Source of the DNA: Orbicella franksi
Lineage: Eukaryota
DNA length: 64,000 nucleotides
Reading direction: 5' to 3'
NCBI GenBank assembly: GCA_964199315.1
Contig: OZ116699.1
Span: forward strand, 13,268,001 to 13,332,000
Below are positions 41,301-50,300 of the stretch, in pieces. Every line of letters begins with the position of its first letter. Within the stretch, counting starts at the first letter, position 1. The notes under the pieces are model-generated. The model was not told where the DNA came from, made no database searches, and saw only the letters and a list, made by a program, of their open reading frames with translations. The position numbers and the translations under genes were made by a program.

Positions 41301-44300
41301 TCAGTTATATTGATAGAAATGTTTATAGCGTTCACAGTTTTCGTGATTGTAGTGTAGAATACTACGCTGAGATACGAAAATGTGAGTAAAAATATTCCTC
41401 GTCTGTTCGTTTGTGTTTCTGCAGCCACTGTGCAGACGCTATCACGAGTGTGCAAGCTCAATACAAACTCTATGCATTGAGAATACAACAGTGTAAGTAC
41501 AGTTGATAAATTGTTGTAAGAATGAATGCCATGGAGCATCTATCGAGCAAATAAAATACACATTTCCAAACTGATGTTTAGTTGTTGTTTTTATACTACC
41601 CAGAATTTGATGCAACGTTTGTTTGATTTTTATAATGCTTGTTACAATTACAGATGGAAATTGAAACGTTCAACAAAAGCCAGGATTCTTCGGCGACAGA
41701 ATTCCCAAACGCTTTAGTGGTAAAAAGCCATCTGAAGCAGGTCGATCAGATTGTTCGTTTAATTTTTTCATACGGAAATTATGGTTTCTCTATTAAAATA
41801 TTGACAGATGTTTGCTTCGCTTATGAAGAAAAAGAAATTCAGCATCGCTGTTCACTATCGTTTAAGCCTAATAGGATAAGATTTCTATCATCTCTTTTAT
41901 AGTCTAATGGATGTCATTGCTTCTGTGAATAGCTTGTACGAGGTTCCAATTATTGACGTCGCCGTCCTTTGCGAAAATGCACATCTTAAGCATTTTGTTT
42001 TTGGCGACACGACGGGACCCGCGAAAGTTTCCCGCGTCCACTGCCGTTGCCGTCCTGGCCTTCCCGTCCTCGTATCTTAAGGTCCCTAATGTTACCAAGC
42101 GCATTGCCTGGATGTATTCTCGGAGGATGAAATGCGTCAAAATAAAAAGGCGCTTGGGCTGTCCCACGTGTGCTTAAGTCAGGTCACAGGATTGGCTAGT
42201 TATAGATCCTCCTGGGATTTCAAAACCGGTAGTGATGTAAAAATAACTTGACAGAGATTGCTATGGAAATTTGCCCTATATTGGGGATTAACTCCCTTGC
42301 CATGCATACACACATACATACACTCTTCATCCTCTCTTGCTGAGATGTGCCATCCTACCTATATCGCTGACTTCAACTTCCACCTCGCATAAGCTTAGCG
42401 ATGAATTGACTTCCAGCACAAATATGGTTACAAATCTCCCCTCTACTTCCGGTACACAAGGAACCATTCTAGCCGCCCCTTGATGGAAAACATGCGACAG
42501 CCCTCCACAAGTTGGGTTTCCAATTCCTCCGTTGACACTGGTGAAGCCGATTCTAATTGACAGTTCTGTGACATTTCGATAGTTTTCGTCCCCACGATTC
42601 GCTACAAATACGCCAGTCACGGTTTTTGCTGATCGCAAGTCGACTAACCACCAGGGTACCTCAGTGTCCCCTGTGAAAGAACATGAGCCGAGCGAGTAGT
42701 CAGATGCTCTGTTGCCATCGACAGCCAGGCCTGAATTATCCGTTAGATTTCCAGACTGAGACGTCGGGCGTCTGAGAGCGTCGTTTTCAACGCTGACATC
42801 GAAACCTGCCAACCAAACATCTAAGATTGGTTCTTCAAATCTCAATTTGGTTCTATCCCACACGCATTAAAAGGCTTATATTTTGGGAAAGCAAGTGAAA
42901 TATTGTGAGACACCCTTCACGATGGCCACCCACCTCTCCCTCCCTTCCCAGCATTTCTTAGTACCACTAGCAGCAACTTATTCATTGAAAGTCTTTCCCA
43001 GTTCAAAGCAATTATCTTTTTTATCATGTATAGTTGCAGCTGGCAATTATATCCTTCGTTCTCTCAGGAATCAGTATCCATCTCTTTATACATGCAATGG
43101 CCAGCGCTCGACCTCTGTGAAAACAATTTGTTTTCTAAAAGGTTTCAAGCAAGTCATCTTCTAAAATGACTCAAGGTAACATTTTTATCCCAACCTCTGC
43201 TGGAAACGGTTGAAAAGTATATTCTAGGAGGATTATAACAACAACAGATGGATCACTTTTCCATCTGCCAGAATAGATAATAAATGGCTGCCATTTATAA
43301 ATTATTTCGTAAGTAGTAACCTCGTGTTTAAGTTGATAATTCAAAATAATTTTTACTCTCAAACGAGGTAAGTGAGGCTAATTTAAATGCCTACAAAAGA
43401 ATTGGTAGTGCCCAAGTGCTACTCACGTTTGCACCCATAAAACTCCAACCTCAAGCCCGCATATCCATACGTGGAGTTTTTTACATTTAACCTGACGTAG
43501 GCAGGGATGATCTCTTTTTCTAATTCATGCTGTACTGTCTCTGTTGACGGATTGTTTCCTTCAAATATCTGTTGAATAACAACGTAACTCAGAAAAGTCA
43601 TATACGCGGAATCACATTTTGAGTTAAACTTTTGAGCCTAAGAAGAAACCTCTGTGATTAACCATTCATGAAAACCATTAAGTGGTTAAAAATCTAGAAA
43701 TCGTTAATTTGTGAGTCTGATTAGGGAGGGATTTAACTTTCGTTTGGCGCGAAATTTAATTCCATTGTTCATAACCAGACCACGTTCAAATTCAAAATGT
43801 TCAAATGTTGATGTTTATAGTGATCAATGCGCTTAGCCACACCAAGCTAGTTCACAGGCATGCCACTTAAACTGAAAGAAACAAAATTAATGTTTCAACG
43901 AAACATAACACGCTTAAAAATCCCAACTAGCAGAGGCAGACCAGTTGGCTATTTACAAGCATAACCGAGTAGTTCAACGCTGGTCTACCAAGAAAAAACT
44001 CCAGCTAAATGGTCAGAGCGGGACTTGAACCCACGACCTCCGGATTTCAAGTCCGGCGCCCTAACCACTCGGCCACGCTGCGTCCTCCTAAACGCCCTTT
44101 GGTTAAACATCAAAGAAGATAAAATGATATAGAATGTTTCACATGCCCGCGAACAGTTTCATTAAAAGCTAAACACCTACGTACTTTGACCTGTCCATCC
44201 TCTCGATACTCGACCCAGTCTATACCGTCCATACTGTATGAAAGAGTAAACATTTTGACCAGGTAGCCGTATATTCCCTGTGTAGCGACTCCAGTTAGCG

Positions 44301-47300
44301 TGAAGTCACCAGATCCTAGCGTCACTTGGATAAAATGAGCCATTGAAAAATCGGTGTAAACCAACCATCCAGCGCCGTTATTAAGACGAGCTTTGTACGC
44401 GTTGTATTCACTTTTCCAATCGCTGGCAGTTATTTCGTCGTCCCATAGTTCGTGAGCTTCCATTCCTAAAGGATCTTGACATGCTATGACGGCAAAAACA
44501 AACACACAAACATAACTTTGGATACCTAACTGCACCATGTCCCCTCTTGTGACGTAACAGTATTGCTTTACGCCTCAGCAGTGATGCACTGCAACGTATT
44601 GCCATGTAGACTGAAAATGTAGCGCAGTTTTATTGTAGCACACGTTTTACCCGCTTGTTTCCGAACCTTTTTACGGACGCAAAATTAAAATAGGTTTGGC
44701 GTCCTAAAAATAGTGTCCCCGTAAGCCCTGCCATACTGTTTATTTTGTCTGTTAGCGGCTTAGTTTTATCGAGTGGTTCGAGGACAGGTTTTTGAAAAGC
44801 ACTCGATTTAAGACTCAAGAAGAGGGTTAAAACAACCTTCAGCTGTGACTGCAAACGCGTAATTGTTGGATACACACAGAGTTTACATCTCCCACGCATA
44901 CAATATGCATCTTGTCTTCCTAGATTTCGTCCTTCTTTACCTCGTCATTACCTTCAGCCATGTATTTCATTTACCTTTACTGCCTAATGTTTCCTAAAAC
45001 ATAAGCTTTTAAGGTGGCTCAAGAAAGGTTTCTAGCACTTTCTTGATGGGTCATTATAACTACTCTTTATCGGTTGATGCTATAATCATGTAATCAAAAA
45101 ACCGCACAATCATTAGTGAATACGTTGTTATCATTTTCGTGGCATATTAGGTCACTGTTGCAACAGCATGACCGCTAAAATGTTTTGTTCATAGTAAATA
45201 AACTCAGTTTATAATAAATACACTCGATTGGGTCATTTGCATTTGCCTTGATCATAACACCCTACAGTCAGTTACCGTAAGAGTTCCTAAAAAGTTACCT
45301 GGACAACCATACAGCTCTATTCGTAAGCAAATAGCCTTCTCCCACCCTACAGGCCGGATGCGGACAAACTTTGCAACAAAAGGAAATAAAAAGGCCCTCG
45401 TTGCGACTTCATGCTCGTTAAAGTTGCCATCGAATATCTGTGAGAAAAAAAAAGATAAGATCGGAGATTAATTTTTACCCTCTTCTGCTTAAGTGCATTT
45501 TTTTTGGTTTCCCCTATAACCGATATCTCTTTGTCTTCTTCATAAGTGATTCAAGAGAGTACGTATATAATGAGTTTGTTCGTAGATATCAAGTTCACTA
45601 AATACATATCAATAACTAGATATTCTGTTCCAATTTCTGTCTCAATACTGCTGTTTCGGGGTCCTACTGACTTGTTGATCTGGGCTTCAAGTCCCGCAAA
45701 ATGTCAGCCACTGGTACAACCCAGTGACCGACAAACACGTAAACACACAATCTGATTGGCTAATGATCAATAGACGACACTTGGACCTGGTCAGTCTTTG
45801 AAAATGGTTTCAACTTCGCGTTTTCGTATGGTTCCTAAAATAAATATACTTTTTTTGTTTAATAGATCGCACAGTCGGTTGTGCTTAACAAGCGGCTCGC
45901 TTTCGATGTTGGCTCTCGGGGCTTTGACCCTTGCCAACTATCAGCCAAACTTCGAATTCAGTCAGCCAGTCGCTCTCTAAATTTTATACAGAAGGGTGGA
46001 ACTCGCACTCTAATTGTTAAGTAACATTTGAAGTGTTTAGTTGTTACTACTACTCGTGCTATCATGCAGGATGGTCGTGTGGACTAAACAGTTCTATCCA
46101 GAACAGGATCTATTGAATGATAATTTCAAGTCTTCATAACCTCTAGCTTTCCAAGCGTTGTGTAATTCTTCCATTTCTCGCCATTTTGGCTGTGTTCTAT
46201 AAAAAAGCTCGATACCCATCCTTTTTGAGTAACAGATCCCTGCGTGCGCAGCTGACGAATCTTGCGAATCTGTGGAAACTGAACCTGTAGGTACTGGAAC
46301 GCATCATTTGCTGCTGAGCACCAGGCTCCATGCGGATTATACAAACGAGCAAGCCAAGGTTGGTAGCCTGGACCCAAGTGCGAAGAAGCTGTCATGGCTT
46401 TGTTAGGAATTTCGCCTGTGCCAGCGCCAAGGTCGTTGGAACATTCTACGGACGAAAAAGAAAGTGAGAATATTAGTAAAGCCTATTCCGGAACCCGGCA
46501 ATGGCCAGACTACCACGAGCCTCTGGTAACTTGTAGATTAACATGCAAGCACTAGTCATAACGTCATGAGTTCGACTTTCAACTGGACGAAGTGTGTTCT
46601 GGCAGAAATACCTGGCAAAATCATTAATGGCTATAATTTTACACAAGCAGATACACTCAGCTTTTTCATTCTCCTTTAGCGCATGACGCCTAGTTTTACG
46701 ACGACGTTGACGAACGCAAAACAGGAATAGATCTACCTGAATCGAAACATTTCCCTGAACGAAGGTAATTAAACATTCCCCTTATCCTTACAATAATAAA
46801 CTTTCGTCTCTTTACCAGAAGTAAATCCCTCGGAAAATTTGGGTAGTAGTTTTCATTGTTCTGAGTGTGAGCGAGGATGCCCTTTTCAAAATTCATGTGG
46901 AATATGGATACGTGAGGTGTTCCCGAGTTATTTCGGCTCCCTTCATGCTACTTATAATCGTACCAGGCAGGATGTAATGAGAAGGTTTAAAAGGAATCAA
47001 ACGAGTGCTTGTAAAAATATGTCTGATTCTCAGTTTTTGCTTCTTTACAAACGATAACTAAGTTTTTTAATAGGATAAGTCGAGACTGTATTCCAATATC
47101 AGTTTGCTTCATGTCAGGATTGCATTGTTTTCATGTCATATCAAGATGATCTTCTCTGATTGATCCGCACCTATACATTCTTATAACATAAATGCTTGAT
47201 TTGGCTTTAATTATTTTGTGAGAGGTCAGACATTGATTGCGATTTGGGTTGACTGAATGAAGAAGAAATACCAGAAAAAGATGCAAGAGGAATTTCGAGT

Positions 47301-50300
47301 GTCTCCAATGAGACAGCAATCTGCAAAAAGGTAGTTAGGTGTTTGGGTGAGTGGAGTCGATAAATCTCGTGATCGATAATCCCCCAAGGAAAGGTAGAAG
47401 CGTATTGTACCTTTGCATCCGTAGATTTCCACTCGCAGGCAGTTTGCCCTTTTCCACTTTTTAGGTCGAATCCGAATATACCGGGCAATCAGCTGGTTGG
47501 ATATTTTCCGAAATTCAGTTGTATTGGGTTTAGTGTTGCCTTTAAATTCCTGCACACAGAAAGAACATTCAAACGTATTGCATTGTTTCCCTTAGCACTT
47601 GTTACAAAGATAATCTGAAATCAGATTTCTTGTGCCCGACAGGAGCATAGTTAATAGAGGGAATGGTTAAAATGCCCGGTAAACATCAAAGAAGCAAACA
47701 AAGAGTCTAAGATTTATGTTGACAGGTCTTTGACCCTGCACATCGTTTGCTTTATGCTCATAGACTATGCCTGAATTACATAATCGCAATGCTTCCATTG
47801 GTTAGTTGTATGAGCACACATAACCGCCTTTTGTATTTTGCCGGGTTTTGAGCAGGGTAACTCCAAAATAGCCAACAAAACCACAAAACAAAGAACTTTG
47901 CCAGATTTCATAACGATTCCCTTTATGAACTACGATAAGAGTAAAAAGCATATAGATTCATTTACAATATGTAAGAAGCGACAGTAGCACTTATAGCTTA
48001 GAATTTAAATAATGAAAATGTCAAAAGCCGTACATTATTGAGTATTCCGTGACTGTATATATATGTAAAGCATACATGTGGGATTATCCCCGAAGAGTAA
48101 GAATTTTTTCTTCTTTTTTTTTCTTACTTTTTTTGAAGATACTTCACGCAATGTTTCTAAACATCGTCAATACACAAATACCTTCAGATATCCTCCTTCA
48201 TAATACTGCCTCCAAAGATCGCCATTGTCGCTGTACTCTAAAGTGAACTCTTTCACATAGGCCTTCGCGAGACGAGTCTTAGTTTCAAAACATTCCTTCA
48301 CGGTTGCTTTTACAGCAATGGTCCCAGTGTTGTTAGCAATAGTGACGCTTTGGACTTCAACTGAAGAATTTTGTCCAGAAGCGTTGTTAGCCAAGGTGAT
48401 ATTTTGTACCTCAACAGATGAATTTTGCCCCATTGTATTGTTCGCCAATAAGATTTTCTCTGAAGAGTTGCTAGCCAGGGTGACATTTTGCACCTCAACA
48501 GATGAAGTTTGCCCCCTTGTGTTGTTACCCAGTGTTATGTTTCCAGCTTGGGACGAATTTAGTGAAACAGTTTCGTTTGCCAGAGAACTGTGTATGAGCA
48601 ATTAACATAGTCACGTCATATATTTTGCATCTTCTATATCCCTGTAAAGCAAGACTGGCTATACACTGTGTGCTGCTCTACCATAGCTTTGAAATGGACG
48701 TTATGACGAATTTAAACCAAGAATCCCCTTAATAAAGAGTGATCTCCAAAAGGACATGAAAATAAAAACTAGCTAGGTGGGGAACTATTTAAAATCGGAC
48801 GCCACCTTTTCGCTCCAAAATCATATATGCACCTTTACAACAAGAATAGGCTATCTGATAACGCTTTTCTCACCAAGGCTGTTCCAGCTATTTTAGAAAT
48901 AGATTACTCCTTTTCGCAACCATTACATTTTTCGAGGGCTGAAAAGTTAGTCCTCTCAGATAATAGGATTACGAGTACGAGATCGAGTACAAGAACGACT
49001 TTTCAATTCTAGTTCGTAGGCTCCACATTATCACGTCACTGGTTTGAAATTCGAAAGTTCTATTCGTATAGTGGTCCAATCTAAAGGTCCCTAATTTCCA
49101 CATTTTTAGTATCTTCACATAATAACTTTGCAAGTGGACGAGCCCCTAGCGTACGTTCATCCTAGTTAAATTATCTTACAGAGAGATAACTTTAAACAAT
49201 TAGCCCACAAGGGCGCGTTGGATGTGAGTTGGCAATAATCATCTCATATCCAGGGCAAGTGAAATAATTTTTTTTTTTTTTTAAAAAAACGCCCCCAAAA
49301 AATTACGCGCGTGCTTACCATATTTAGAGAGCATGGTATAATGGCTCATATACCATGATGGTTAAGCCAATGAAAACACTTGAATTGTATTATCCAATCA
49401 TCCAGTTTTTAGTAAATTCAATTACGTTTGGGGTAAAGACATACCTGCAATTGACTTGTTTCTCCCAAGTAGTCACAAATTCGTGAAGCTCATTTCCTTG
49501 GATGGCTATCATGCTGATTTGGAATCGATTCCCAAGATCAATCTGCAAGAATGACTCTACATCACGTGCATCTGCACACCACGAACCATTCCCTGAAATG
49601 TCATTCAGCCGGCCGCGAAAGGGCTCGAACCCAGGCCCAAAAAATGATGATGACGTCATAGCTTTGTCAGGAATGATACCATCTTTGATGCCAAATGGAT
49701 CGAAACAAGCTATAACAAAACAAATCTCATTTGCACATTGATATCAATAACCAACGATAAGCGTCAACGCTACAAAAATGATAGGTTGATGGCTACCAGA
49801 AATAGCGTAAGAGTTAAAAGCACCAAGCAGCCAGTTCAAAGAAAAGATATTTTACAAAAGGATTAACGTGCTGCGGGGTAGTGGCTTTCCAAAATACCTT
49901 TTAAAAGCTAAACAATTAAAGCGTAAACTAAAAAAATAGTTTGTGTTTCTTTTTGATTTCAGTGTTGGTTGGCTTATGTTTCTTTTTTGTTTATTTTTGT
50001 TTATCTGTTTGTTTCTTTGTTTGCTTGTTTGCTCGCTCGGTTTTTTTTTACTCACCTTGACAGCCGTAGAGTTCAAGTCGTAAACAAGTATCACGGATAG
50101 CTCGCTTGGGATAAATTCGAAACATTTTCGCTCTTACTGGAAATGAAAGATTGTTAACCACAATCTCGCTGCTGTAATCTGAGTTGTTACGATGAAATAT
50201 CTGTCAAGAAAAGTTTATGTACATAGATCAGAACAAGTATAATCAACTTCTCATTGAACTCATTGAACTCATTGACAAGGGAGGGTTGTATCAAACTCCT

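Noticed and set aside
41338-41380. C/D-box-like hairpin (GTGATTG..CTGA with terminal stem)
   Set aside because: Only ~43 nt, with a poor C box and no guide region; too weak to call a snoRNA.
42590-42610. RGD integrin-binding motif in the lectin domain
   Set aside because: R-G-D is part of the normal F-type lectin sugar-binding motif, so it is not evidence of integrin binding.
44010-44088. tRNA-like cloverleaf (TGA anticodon loop) on the minus strand
   Set aside because: The acceptor stem does not pair and the sequence continues into a SINE body, so it is a SINE head and not a tRNA gene.
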